A stretch of 43,018 nt of DNA, taken from the NCBI GenBank assembly GCA_964645295.1, contig CAZXZK010000009.1, positions 786-43,803 on the forward strand, read 5' to 3'. The notes under the pieces are model-generated. The model was not told the origin of the DNA, searched no databases, and saw only the letters and a program-made list of their open reading frames with translations. A program made the position numbers and the translations under genes. Source of the stretch: an uncultured Cytophagales bacterium. GTDB taxonomy: Bacteria > Bacteroidota > Bacteroidia > Cytophagales > Spirosomataceae. Below are positions 1-9,542 of this stretch, one piece after another; position 1 is the first letter of the stretch; each line of letters begins with the position of its first letter.

Positions 1-1
1 A

Positions 2-1192
2 TTATTACTCTCAGGTATCGATGGCAATATTTGCGATGCATGTATCGAACAAGGACATCAGGTTATTCAAGAAGAAATCAATTATCAATCAAAAGGGAAG
101 AAGGGGGTAGCCAATGAGGAAATCAACCTTATAAAGCCCAAAGATTTAAAAGCCTATTTGGATGAATATGTTATTGGGCAAGAGGAGGCTAAGGTGCATC
201 TTTCCGTCGCTGTTTATAATCATTATAAAAGAATTAAACAGGAATGCTCAGAGGATGAGGTAAAAATTGAGAAATCCAATATTTTATTGGTAGGAGAAAC
301 CGGGACGGGGAAAACTTATTTAGCTAAAACCTTGGCTCAAAAATTAGAAGTTCCATTTTGTATTGCAGATGCTACTGTCATTACCGAAGCGGGATATGTT
401 GGGGAAGATGTGGAAACCATCCTGACGCGCTTATTACAAGCAGCGGATTACGATGTCAATAAAGCACAAAGAGGGATAGTTTTTATCGATGAGATAGATA
501 AGATTGCCAGAAAATCAGATAATCCGTCCATAACTCGGGATGTTTCTGGAGAGGGTGTTCAGCAGGCTTTATTGAAGTTATTGGAAGGGTCTATCATTAA
601 TGTTCCACCACAAGGTGGAAGAAAGCATCCAGACCAGAAAATGATTCAGGTAAATACTGAAAATATTCTTTTCATTTGTGGGGGCGCTTTTGACGGGATT
701 GATAGACATATTGCCAAGCGTTTAAATCAAAGGCCGATTGGTTTTTCGGGTGAGAAGTCCTTTGAAAAAAGTGAAGGAAATGAAAACTTATTAAAATATG
801 TGATGGCACAAGACCTAAAATCTTTCGGTTTGATTCCAGAACTTTTAGGTAGATTACCTGTTGTCACTCATCTTAATCCGCTCGATAAAGATGCTCTTTA
901 TTCTATTCTAACTAAACCAAAGAATGCTTTGGTCAAGCAATTCCAAAAATTATTGGCCATGGAAGGAGTGGATTTGAGTTTTAAAAAGGATGCTTTGGAA
1001 TTTTTAGTAGATCAAGCGATGAATTTTAAATTGGGGGCTCGTGGGCTTCGTTCGATTATGGAATCCATCATGACAGACGCCATGTTTGAACTTCCATCGA
1101 AAAAATCCGTTAAGAAATTTGAGGTAGATTTAAAATACGTCAAGGAAAAATTTGAAAAAAATCTAGAATATCAACTTAAAATTGTAGCCTAA
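2..1192 (+). CDS. clpX: ATP-dependent Clp protease ATP-binding subunit ClpX (5'-partial, runs off the window start)
   Basis: The frame is open from nt 2. The upstream part reads ...[11 protein letters not shown]... (second Cys pair of the ClpX zinc ribbon), then [12 protein letters not shown], Walker A GETGTGKT, Walker B FIDEIDK and the sensor GARGLR. The TTG at 158 in the ORF track is internal, not the true start. Confidence 0.95.
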   Translation, partial: LLLSGIDGNICDACIEQGHQVIQEEINYQSKGKKGVANEEINLIKPKDLKAYLDEYVIGQEEAKVHLSVAVYNHYKRIKQECSEDEVKIEKSNILLVGETGTGKTYLAKTLAQKLEVPFCIADATVITEAGYVGEDVETILTRLLQAADYDVNKAQRGIVFIDEIDKIARKSDNPSITRDVSGEGVQQALLKLLEGSIINVPPQGGRKHPDQKMIQVNTENILFICGGAFDGIDRHIAKRLNQRPIGFSGEKSFEKSEGNENLLKYVMAQDLKSFGLIPELLGRLPVVTHLNPLDKDALYSILTKPKNALVKQFQKLLAMEGVDLSFKKDALEFLVDQAMNFKLGARGLRSIMESIMTDAMFELPSKKSVKKFEVDLKYVKEKFEKNLEYQLKIVA

Positions 1193-1193
1193 T

Positions 1194-1697
1194 ATGAAAA
1201 GGTTTCCACTAATTGTTTTGTTTTCGATTTTGATATTCTCTTGTTCAAAATCGGTGAATCATGGTTATTTTATCGTAAAAAATGAATTGGAGGGGCGGGA
1301 GGAAAAATCCTTTGGATTAGAAAAATTACCTGAAATATCAGGGAAGGAAATAATTCGAGCAAAAATGCCTGAATTTTTAGCGACAAGCAGTCAGCGCTTA
1401 ACCATTCAATCGACCCAAAAGCAAACAAAGGAAGAGAAAAAGGAATTAAAGAAGCTAATAAAAGAAATTAAACCGCAGCTAAAAGAAATAAGAAAGCAGG
1501 CAAAACAGAAAGAATCTATTGATAAAAAAGAATTGAATCAGGCGGGGCCCTCTACCTGGGAGCCCAATGTAAAAATTGGGGTAACACTTTTATTGGTAGG
1601 GATCGTATTAAGTTTATTTGGATTGGGTTTAGTAGGAGGGATTTCTGCCATCGTAGGTTTGGCTTTCTTAATACTGGGTTTACTTAATTCCTATTGA
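1194..1697 (+). CDS. hypothetical lipoprotein / membrane-anchored K/E-rich protein
   Basis: N-terminal signal with lipobox (LIFSC), a Lys/Glu-rich probable coiled-coil middle, and a Gly-rich hydrophobic C-terminus (LLLVGIVLSLFGLGLVGGISAIVGLAFLILGL). It starts 1 nt after the clpX stop and overlaps the cmk start (ATGA). I recognise no family. Confidence 0.55.
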   Translation: MKRFPLIVLFSILIFSCSKSVNHGYFIVKNELEGREEKSFGLEKLPEISGKEIIRAKMPEFLATSSQRLTIQSTQKQTKEEKKELKKLIKEIKPQLKEIRKQAKQKESIDKKELNQAGPSTWEPNVKIGVTLLLVGIVLSLFGLGLVGGISAIVGLAFLILGLLNSY

Positions 1698-2389
1698 TGA
1701 AAAAAAAAATCATTATAGCCATTGACGGTCATTCTTCCTGCGGGAAGAGTTCTACTGCTAAAAAGGTAGCAGCGATTTTATCTTATGCCTTTGTTGATAC
1801 GGGGGCTATGTATCGGTCGGTTGCTTTGAATTTTTTTCGAAATCAATTACCCTTAGAGGATGAAAAATCAATTTTATCGCAATTAGAATTGATTGATATT
1901 GAATTTAAGTTTAATGCTGATCGCTTAGCTTCGGATACTTATTTGAATGGAGAGAATGTAGAGCAAGAAATCAGAAGGCAATACATTTCGGAATATGTTT
2001 CTCAGGTTAGTACCATTGTCTCTGTTCGTAAGGCAATGGTGGCACTTCAACAGCGAATGGGAGAAAAAAAAGGGATTGTGATGGATGGAAGAGATATTGG
2101 AACGGTGGTTTTTCCTCAGGCTGAAATTAAAATTTACATGACGGCCCAACCAGAAATTCGGGCTCAAAGGAGGAAGGCTGAATTGGAAGCAAAAGGGGAG
2201 TATGTCTCTTTTGAAACTATTTTAGCTAATTTAAAAATGCGCGATGAATTGGATATGAATCGGGAGGAAGGCCCTTTAAAAAAGGCGGAGGATGCGATTA
2301 TCCTAGATACCTCACATACAAGTTTTGATGAACAAGTCAATTTTATTTTAGATTTGGCTTATCAGAAAATCCAAGAAAATCATGGTTAA
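1694..2389 (+). CDS. cmk: cytidylate kinase
   Basis: P-loop IAIDGHSSCGKSS, then DTGAMYR and the GIVMDGRDIGTVVFP motif typical of Cmk. Length is 231 aa. Confidence 0.9.
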   Translation: MMKKKIIIAIDGHSSCGKSSTAKKVAAILSYAFVDTGAMYRSVALNFFRNQLPLEDEKSILSQLELIDIEFKFNADRLASDTYLNGENVEQEIRRQYISEYVSQVSTIVSVRKAMVALQQRMGEKKGIVMDGRDIGTVVFPQAEIKIYMTAQPEIRAQRRKAELEAKGEYVSFETILANLKMRDELDMNREEGPLKKAEDAIILDTSHTSFDEQVNFILDLAYQKIQENHG

Positions 2390-3401
2390 ACATGGGGAAA
2401 TACTGATTGTTGGTCAAGGCCTAGCAGGAAGTATTTTAGCCCTTGAATGTTGGAATAGGGGGATTCCATTTGAGATTTGGAATGCTCCAAAGAAGTATTT
2501 TACTTCTTCTTTTGCGGCAGGAGGGATATTTAATCCGGTAACTGGACGAAAGTTTGAAAATACCTGGCTTGCTAGGGAATTATTTGATTATCTGAAGGAT
2601 TTTTATCCGAGAATGGAAGAATTATTGGGCGATCGATTTTTTCATCCGAGTAAGATGTTTCGGCCTTTTGGAGATCAGAATTCGATTGATTGGTTAGAAA
2701 AAAGGCGACGAGAGATGGATTTAACTTATTTGGATTGGCAGCAGGAGGGGGTATGGATCAAAGAGGCAGGCTGGGTAGATGTTCCGAGGTTTCTTCAGGC
2801 GGCGAGGGATTTTTTTATAAAAAAACAGGTTTATTTTGAAAAGGAATTTGTTCATTCTTCCATTTCAGATTTATACCAAATGGAATTTGATTTGGAGGGA
2901 AGGGTTTTTTCAAAAATTCTTTTTTGTGAGGGTTTTCATGCACAAAAATCCAATCCTTTTTTTTCCCATCTTTGTTTTTTACCTGCGAAAGGAGAATTAT
3001 TAACTATTCAAATTCCTGATTATTCCCAAGATTATATTTTGAGTAAAAATGGCTTCTTAATGCCGATGAATAATCAGAAATTTAAGGTAGGTGCCACCTA
3101 TCGATGGGATGAATTGACGAATCAGCCAACAAACGATGCCCTTTCTGAGTTAAAATCTAAATTGGAATCTTTTGGAATAAAAGAATATACAATTCTTCAA
3201 CAAGAGGTAGGGGTTAGACCGGCCACCCAAGACCGTCGGCCTTTAATAGGATTTATACCCGGATCAAACCTGGGAATCTTTAATGGTTTTGGTTCCAAGG
3301 GGGTAAGTCTTATTCCCTATTTTGCGAATGGATTCGTGGATGAATGGGAAGGTAATAAAAATCTTCCTACAGACGCATCAATTAGCAGATTTTATAATTG
3401 A
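2382..3401 (+). CDS. FAD-dependent oxidoreductase (DAO family)
   Basis: N-terminal Rossmann dinucleotide motif ILIVGQGLAGS and the C-terminal DAO-like G(F)GSKGV motif. It overlaps the cmk stop by 8 nt (ATGGTTAA). Substrate unknown. Confidence 0.75.
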   Translation: MVKHGEILIVGQGLAGSILALECWNRGIPFEIWNAPKKYFTSSFAAGGIFNPVTGRKFENTWLARELFDYLKDFYPRMEELLGDRFFHPSKMFRPFGDQNSIDWLEKRRREMDLTYLDWQQEGVWIKEAGWVDVPRFLQAARDFFIKKQVYFEKEFVHSSISDLYQMEFDLEGRVFSKILFCEGFHAQKSNPFFSHLCFLPAKGELLTIQIPDYSQDYILSKNGFLMPMNNQKFKVGATYRWDELTNQPTNDALSELKSKLESFGIKEYTILQQEVGVRPATQDRRPLIGFIPGSNLGIFNGFGSKGVSLIPYFANGFVDEWEGNKNLPTDASISRFYN

Positions 3402-3418
3402 ATTTTGAAAAATTTTCC

Positions 3419-3426
3419 TATATTTG
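3419..3426 (+). promoter_or_regulatory. candidate Bacteroidota sigma-A -7 box (TATATTTG), with TTG 18 nt upstream at 3398-3400
   Basis: Exact match to the TAnnTTTG consensus, 19 nt upstream of the ATG at 3446. Motif match only. Confidence 0.3.
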
Positions 3427-3445
3427 AAATTAGTAAAAACATCCA

Positions 3446-6400
3446 ATGCCGAGGTATCAAACCATATTTCCACTATTCATTTTATTTTTCTTTCTAGGAT
3501 TTGGATTGAAGGGGCAGAATTATTTACAAACCCAAAAAGAAGTTCAAAATCAGCGTGTTCAATTTGAAAAATTAGAATGGAAATACCTGAGTAATGGTAG
3601 TTTTGAGGTGTATTTCTATGGAAATAATCGGATTTTGGCTGAAAAAACCCTTAATTATGTCGTTCAAGAATCTAAGCGAATTTCCAAAATATTAGGTTAT
3701 TATGCCTATAATACGGTGAAGGTCTTTATCCATGATTCTCCTTATGACCTGATTCAAGATAATTCTGGCGTCACGGCTTCCTCTAATCAAGAATTATTGG
3801 CGGATAATTTAAGCAAATTTAAAATTCAGATTGCCATGGAAGGCAGTATGAAAGAATATCAGAGAAAATTATCAACCGATTTATCTGAACTTTATTTAAA
3901 TGATATGTTGTTTGGAGGGAATATTAAAGAATCTCTTCAAAATGCTTTATTATTATCAGTTCCTGAATGGTATTCCAAAGGAATTGTGGCTTATTTAGTG
4001 GACGGGGAGAGTGCTGATATGAATCAATATATGATTCGAGCAATTTCTCAGGCAAAATTGAAGAAATTAAATCTCGCGCAAGGTGAGGAGGCGAAATTGA
4101 TTGGTCAATCCATATGGACCTATATAGCCAATTTATATGGTAATCAAGTCATCTCCAATATTATTAATTATACGAGAATTATTCGCAGTGAACAATCTAG
4201 TTTTACTTCAGCTCTCAAAAAGCCCTTTGCGGAGATTATTCAAGAATGGTATCGGTTTTACCTTAATAAATTACAGTTTTATAATAATACCATTGAAGCT
4301 ACTTCGGAAGAGGGTTTAGAAACCTATCCATTTAAATTTAATGAAATATTGAACTACCAATTCAGTATTGATGGAAAATACCTGGCTTTTGCAAATCTTA
4401 CCAATTCAAAAATTCAGTTGAATTTGGTTGAATTGAATTCTAGAAAACAAACCGTGGTTTACCAAGAAACAAGAAACCAATTATTGAATTATCCCTCCAT
4501 TCAAGAACCAATTATTCGTTGGGGTAATAATAATATTCTCTATGTTATATTAAAAAATAAATCCGATTCTTGGTTATATACTTATACCATTGGAGCGAAA
4601 GATTTCAAGCTTTCCAATAAAAAGAATTTAGGCGATGTGGATATTAAAGACTTTCAGCCTTCTTCCAATAATCGTCGGTTCTTAGTAAAGGTTTTGCGAT
4701 CCGGACAATTTGATATAGGTTTTTATGATTTAAATAGAAAAAGATTTAACCCGATTACGTCCAGTCCGGAGGAAGAATTTGAACCTCGTTTTGTGGGCGA
4801 GGATGCGGTAGTTTATATTCGGAGAGATCAGGATTCTACTCTAAATGAACAAGAAAATGCGCTATTGCATTCAGTCTTTTATTGGACACCCCTTCAAGAG
4901 GATGGGCCGATACGATTATTTGAACATATCGGGGAAATAAAGAATCTTTATGCTTTAGATGAAAAGAATTGGTTGTTTATGGTCAATAAAACGAATTTCA
5001 AGAATCTAGTAATAAGAAATATTGACAGTACCTTTTCAGAAGAAATTTTAGGTCCGACAAGTAATTGGGGGGATTATCAGTTAATTCAAGATAAATTGTT
5101 TTTTTCTGATAAAGATTTATTGGATATTCAATTTAGAGAAATTCCTTTTGCTAATTTTTCTGCCATAAAACGAATTCCATATCAATATGAATCGATTAAT
5201 GTGAATGATAAGGATGAATTTATCGGAAAAATTATCCAAAGTAATAAGGATTCCAATAATATCATTCGGGAAGATTTTTACAGCAAAAAAACGCTTCAAC
5301 GATTGGAACGGCTTCAAAAAAAGGCAGAGGAGAAACAGGAAGACCTAGATCCTAATACTAATTCACGGGTTCTTCCATATATCAATAAATTCAGTTTTAA
5401 TAGTTCTAGTGGAGATTTTCAAGTAGATCCAATTAGAGGCCTAGGATATAAAATGGATTTTTTATTCAATGATTTTTTGGAGAATCATTTATTTAAAATT
5501 GGGGGATGGTCTAATTTGAATTTTAATACGCTTGATTTATGGTCGGAATATGATTATTTAGCGCAAAAAATTGATTATAAAATTCGATATGATCGGAAGA
5601 ATATCATGCAACAAACCGAATATGCTGGACAAAAAATTCGGTATAATAAAATTTACTTTGAGGCATCAAGGCCATTAAATTTATACAATAAAATTTCTTT
5701 TGCGGCCATTTATACAAATAATCGGGCCTTCGATATTTATAGTTTAAATGGCCCTGAGATTAATTGGAATTACCTAGGTGCTAAACTTGAATATAAATTA
5801 GAAAATATCAGTTCCCGATTTGAGAATGAAGTAGAAGGCCAACGTCTTTGGTTTTGGATTGATGGAAATTTAGGTTTGAATAATCAATCTGGGAGTTTCG
5901 CTAAAATAAATTTGGATTATCGCAAATACCTTCAACTAAATAAAATTGTTTCCCTTAGAGGAAGATTGTCTACCGCATTTGGTATCGGGGAAAATATCCC
6001 TCAAACAATGATTGGTGGTATGGATAATTGGCTATTTATTAAATCCGAACCAAGAAATAATGAAAACCCGTTGGGTTTTCAAGGAGATGTGGTGAGTCCT
6101 AATGTCTTTATGTCCTCCGTGGCCAGTCCTATGCGCGGATTTAATTTAAATAAATATTCCGGAGGTTCGCATATTTTATTGAATGCTCAAATTAATATTT
6201 CTGCTAGAGAATTACTTGGTTCATCCAATGCGCAGACTGAATTCATGAAGTACCTTCAATTTGTTGGTTTTATGGATTTCGGTACGGCCTGGACGGGCAT
6301 GAGTCCATTTTCAAAATACAATGGGTTTAATACCAATACCTATGGAGGAAATAATAATCCGTTTATCATCAAGGTTACAGACTTTCGAAATCCATTCCTA

Positions 6401-6529
6401 ATGGGAATTGGTGGAGGTCTAAGAACGCGTTTATTAGGCTATTATATTAAATATGACTATGGTATCGGTATTGAAAATAAAGAAATGAAAACGCCTATTT
6501 CTTATTTTACCATTGGATATGACTTTTAA
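3446..6529 (+). CDS. large outer-membrane protein: N-terminal globular domain, TolB-like propeller-like region and C-terminal Omp85-like beta-barrel
   Basis: Signal peptide (FPLFILFFFLGFGLKGQ). The central region has TolB-like strand motifs (SIDGKYLAF, RRFLVKV). The last ~380 aa show alternating beta-strand patterning with RGF and F-x-D-x-G-x-a-W (FMDFGTAW) motifs, and the protein ends in a terminal aromatic (GYDF). Confidence 0.7.
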   Translation: MPRYQTIFPLFILFFFLGFGLKGQNYLQTQKEVQNQRVQFEKLEWKYLSNGSFEVYFYGNNRILAEKTLNYVVQESKRISKILGYYAYNTVKVFIHDSPYDLIQDNSGVTASSNQELLADNLSKFKIQIAMEGSMKEYQRKLSTDLSELYLNDMLFGGNIKESLQNALLLSVPEWYSKGIVAYLVDGESADMNQYMIRAISQAKLKKLNLAQGEEAKLIGQSIWTYIANLYGNQVISNIINYTRIIRSEQSSFTSALKKPFAEIIQEWYRFYLNKLQFYNNTIEATSEEGLETYPFKFNEILNYQFSIDGKYLAFANLTNSKIQLNLVELNSRKQTVVYQETRNQLLNYPSIQEPIIRWGNNNILYVILKNKSDSWLYTYTIGAKDFKLSNKKNLGDVDIKDFQPSSNNRRFLVKVLRSGQFDIGFYDLNRKRFNPITSSPEEEFEPRFVGEDAVVYIRRDQDSTLNEQENALLHSVFYWTPLQEDGPIRLFEHIGEIKNLYALDEKNWLFMVNKTNFKNLVIRNIDSTFSEEILGPTSNWGDYQLIQDKLFFSDKDLLDIQFREIPFANFSAIKRIPYQYESINVNDKDEFIGKIIQSNKDSNNIIREDFYSKKTLQRLERLQKKAEEKQEDLDPNTNSRVLPYINKFSFNSSSGDFQVDPIRGLGYKMDFLFNDFLENHLFKIGGWSNLNFNTLDLWSEYDYLAQKIDYKIRYDRKNIMQQTEYAGQKIRYNKIYFEASRPLNLYNKISFAAIYTNNRAFDIYSLNGPEINWNYLGAKLEYKLENISSRFENEVEGQRLWFWIDGNLGLNNQSGSFAKINLDYRKYLQLNKIVSLRGRLSTAFGIGENIPQTMIGGMDNWLFIKSEPRNNENPLGFQGDVVSPNVFMSSVASPMRGFNLNKYSGGSHILLNAQINISARELLGSSNAQTEFMKYLQFVGFMDFGTAWTGMSPFSKYNGFNTNTYGGNNNPFIIKVTDFRNPFLMGIGGGLRTRLLGYYIKYDYGIGIENKEMKTPISYFTIGYDF

Positions 6530-6537
6530 TACATAGA

Positions 6538-7794
6538 ATGAACCAATTTCAAATAAACCCATTTTTATCAAAAACTAAAACAGCAACGCTACAAATTTTA
6601 ACAGCTGATGAGGTTCAGATTTTGGCTGTTTTAAAGAATCTAAAAGAAGCCTTAGATACGAATAGAGCAAGAATTATCGAGGCGAATTCCATGGATTTAA
6701 ATAAAATGGATGCTTCAAATCCCATGCGAGATCGGTTATTATTGAATGATTCACGAATTGATGCCTTAATTCAAAGTATCGAGGACGTCATGAATCTCCC
6801 TGACCCAAGTGGGAAGGTTTTAATGAAAAAAACCTTAGAAAATGGGCTCAAACTAAGTAAAATTACGGTCCCTTTGGGTGTGGTTGGAGTGATTTATGAG
6901 TCTAGGCCCAATGTAACCATCGATGTAGCCATACTTTCTTTAAGAAGTCGGAATGGGGTAATTTTAAGAGGAGGAACAGATGCTTATGAAACGAATTTGT
7001 TTTTGGTGGAATTAATCCAACAATCTCTTTTTCAAGCTGGATTTTCCAAAGACATAGTACAATTATTGCCTCCAGATAGAAACCTATTTCCTGAATTTTT
7101 AAATGCCAAGAAATACATTGATATTATCATACCACGCGGATCAGAGAATTTAATTCAACGAGTAAGAGAAGAATCTTCCATTCCGGTGATTGAAACTGGA
7201 GCAGGGGTTTGTCATACCTATATTGCTGAATCAGCTGATTTAGGAATGGCTCTGGATATCGTGGAAAATGCCAAGATTTCTCGCCCTTCCGTATGCAATG
7301 CTTTAGATACTATTTTAGTAGACCGAAAATTAGCCAAAGAATTTTTGAAAGAATTAGGTCCGAGATTTGAAAAATATCAGGTTGAAATTTTTGCAGATCA
7401 AGATTCTTTTTCTCTCCTAAAAGATTTTCAATACCCATACTTAAACCATGCCCAAGATGATTCCTTTGGAAAAGAATATCTTGATTTTGCCTGTTCTATT
7501 AAAATTCTAGATCATTTTGACCAAGCCATTCTGCATATAGCCGAATATTCGTCCAAACATTCCGAAGCAATCATCTCGAATGATGCTCTGCAAGCCGAGC
7601 AATTTTTGAAAATGGTTGATGCCGCAGCGGTTTATTGGAATGCCTCTACGCGGTTTACCGATGGAGGTGTTTTCCAATTAGGCGCTGAAATAGGTATTTC
7701 AACCCAAAAACTGCATGCCCGAGGCCCCTTTGCTTTGGAGAAATTAGTTACCGAAAAATGGGTTTTGCGTGGTAATGGCCAGGTTAGAAATTAA
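6538..7794 (+). CDS. proA: glutamate-5-semialdehyde dehydrogenase (gamma-glutamyl phosphate reductase)
   Basis: Collinear with ProA: VIYESRPNVT, ILRGG, IIPRGS, the catalytic Cys region GAGVCH, RPSVCNA, NASTRFTDGG and STQKLHARGP. Confidence 0.93.
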   Translation: MNQFQINPFLSKTKTATLQILTADEVQILAVLKNLKEALDTNRARIIEANSMDLNKMDASNPMRDRLLLNDSRIDALIQSIEDVMNLPDPSGKVLMKKTLENGLKLSKITVPLGVVGVIYESRPNVTIDVAILSLRSRNGVILRGGTDAYETNLFLVELIQQSLFQAGFSKDIVQLLPPDRNLFPEFLNAKKYIDIIIPRGSENLIQRVREESSIPVIETGAGVCHTYIAESADLGMALDIVENAKISRPSVCNALDTILVDRKLAKEFLKELGPRFEKYQVEIFADQDSFSLLKDFQYPYLNHAQDDSFGKEYLDFACSIKILDHFDQAILHIAEYSSKHSEAIISNDALQAEQFLKMVDAAAVYWNASTRFTDGGVFQLGAEIGISTQKLHARGPFALEKLVTEKWVLRGNGQVRN

Positions 7795-7797
7795 TTA

Positions 7798-9534
7798 TTA
7801 ATATTCTGGATCCAAACCCAAAGCACTTTTAAACTCTTTTAAGGCTGGGAATTTATCTAATAAGAATTTTTCTTTTTCTGATTGTGTATAATATTGATTA
7901 GCCTGTTGGTCTTCTGGCTGGAATATTTCAATGCTAATTTCGATAGAATAATTACCTAAATGTTCCCGGATTTTATCTAAAATCTCATATCGAAGAGATT
8001 CATTAAACTGATTTTTTTGAACATCAGATTCCAAATAAATATGAATCGTATTGTCAGATAAATTCCATTCCCGATTCATTAATACATATTTGTTTATTTC
8101 ATGTCGACGATTGAATTCCTCTGCTAATTGATTCCAATAGGCTTTTAAATCTTTCTCTTCGAAGGGTTTGTCTACCTTAATTATTTCTTCTGCCTGAGTT
8201 TCAAGCGTTTTTTCTTTTTTTGCGAATAAGGATTTTGCTGATTTCAAATTGGTTGAAACAGGCTTGGAGATTGGTTTAGGAGCGGTTTCTGCCGCAATTA
8301 CTGCTTTTTTTATAGGAGCAATTTCTTCTTTTTCACGTTTATTTTCTTTTTTTAAAGGATTTCTTTCCTCATCCCCTTGAGGGGCATCAGGCTTTTTTCC
8401 TGGACCGTCCTCCACCACAGTTGTTGGGATAGAATAGACTGCATTTAAATGGGAAAGTTTTAATAATGCAAGTTCTACATGGAGTCTGGGATTTTTGGCT
8501 GATTTATACGAAGAATCTGTAACCGCCAAGATATTCAAAGAAGAAAGTAAAAATGATTTTGAAATTGGTTGAGATTTATTCACATATTCCCCCTTCTGAT
8601 CCTCTGACATTTCCAATAAGGCAACCGTAGCCGGTGTTTTGGCATATAGTAAATGACGGATATGCTCCATAAGGCCAGCAATAAAATAATGCCCATCGAA
8701 TCCTTTTTGGATAATTTCATCGAATAAGATTAAACAGGAGGCATGATCATTATTCATGAAATAATCCGTAAATTGGAAATAATAATCACTATCTAAAATA
8801 TGCAGATTCTTTATTACATCGGCATATAATAATTGATTATTCGTGGAAAAAGTGACATTTAAATCAAACATGGAAAGGGCATCTCTAAGACCTCCATCTG
8901 ATTTAATGGCAATCAAATCCAAGGCTTCTTTTTCAGCCTGAATTTGTTCTTTTAGAGAAATTTTTTGAAGATGGCTAGACATGTCTTGCCATTTGATTCT
9001 ATTGAAATCAAAAATTTGGCATCTCGACAAAATAGTAGGGATGATTTTTTGTTTTTCAGTCGTTGCCAAAATAAAGATCGCATAGGACGGAGGCTCCTCT
9101 AAGGTCTTGAGAAAGGCGTTAAATGCGGCAGAAGACAACATATGAACCTCATCAATAATATAGATTTTATATTTTCCACCGGAAGGAGGATAGCGTACTT
9201 GTTCTATTAAGTTTCGGATATCTTCTACGGAATTATTGGATGCTGCATCTAGTTCGTGGATATTGAAGGAAGAATTGGTAGAAAAGGTTTTACAGGAATT
9301 ACATTCATTACAGGCTTCTCCATTTCCTTGAATATTTTCACAATTGATTGTTTTAGCTAGGATTCTTGCACAAGTGGTTTTTCCAACACCTCTAGAGCCA
9401 CAAAACAAAAATGCTTGGGCCAAATGATTCGTCTTAATGGCATTTTTTAAGGTTGTGGTAATATGTTCCTGTCCGATAACCGATTCAAAGCTCGTAGGTC
9501 GATATTTTCTTGCTGAAACAATAAAATTTTCCAT
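7798..9534 (-). CDS. dnaX: DNA polymerase III subunit gamma/tau
   Basis: RKYRPTSFESVIGQ, Walker A GSRGVGKTT, the Zn module CNECNSC, Walker B IIDEVHMLS and SRC (SRCQIF). A P/K/E-rich linker and a C-terminal tau-type domain follow. Confidence 0.93.
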   Translation of the reverse strand: MENFIVSARKYRPTSFESVIGQEHITTTLKNAIKTNHLAQAFLFCGSRGVGKTTCARILAKTINCENIQGNGEACNECNSCKTFSTNSSFNIHELDAASNNSVEDIRNLIEQVRYPPSGGKYKIYIIDEVHMLSSAAFNAFLKTLEEPPSYAIFILATTEKQKIIPTILSRCQIFDFNRIKWQDMSSHLQKISLKEQIQAEKEALDLIAIKSDGGLRDALSMFDLNVTFSTNNQLLYADVIKNLHILDSDYYFQFTDYFMNNDHASCLILFDEIIQKGFDGHYFIAGLMEHIRHLLYAKTPATVALLEMSEDQKGEYVNKSQPISKSFLLSSLNILAVTDSSYKSAKNPRLHVELALLKLSHLNAVYSIPTTVVEDGPGKKPDAPQGDEERNPLKKENKREKEEIAPIKKAVIAAETAPKPISKPVSTNLKSAKSLFAKKEKTLETQAEEIIKVDKPFEEKDLKAYWNQLAEEFNRRHEINKYVLMNREWNLSDNTIHIYLESDVQKNQFNESLRYEILDKIREHLGNYSIEISIEIFQPEDQQANQYYTQSEKEKFLLDKFPALKEFKSALGLDPEY

Positions 9535-9542
9535 ACTGCAAT

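Noticed and set aside
6538-7794. proA without an adjacent proB
   Set aside because: Unlinked proA and proB occur in many genomes. proA itself looks intact and full length, so nothing anomalous can be supported from this window alone.
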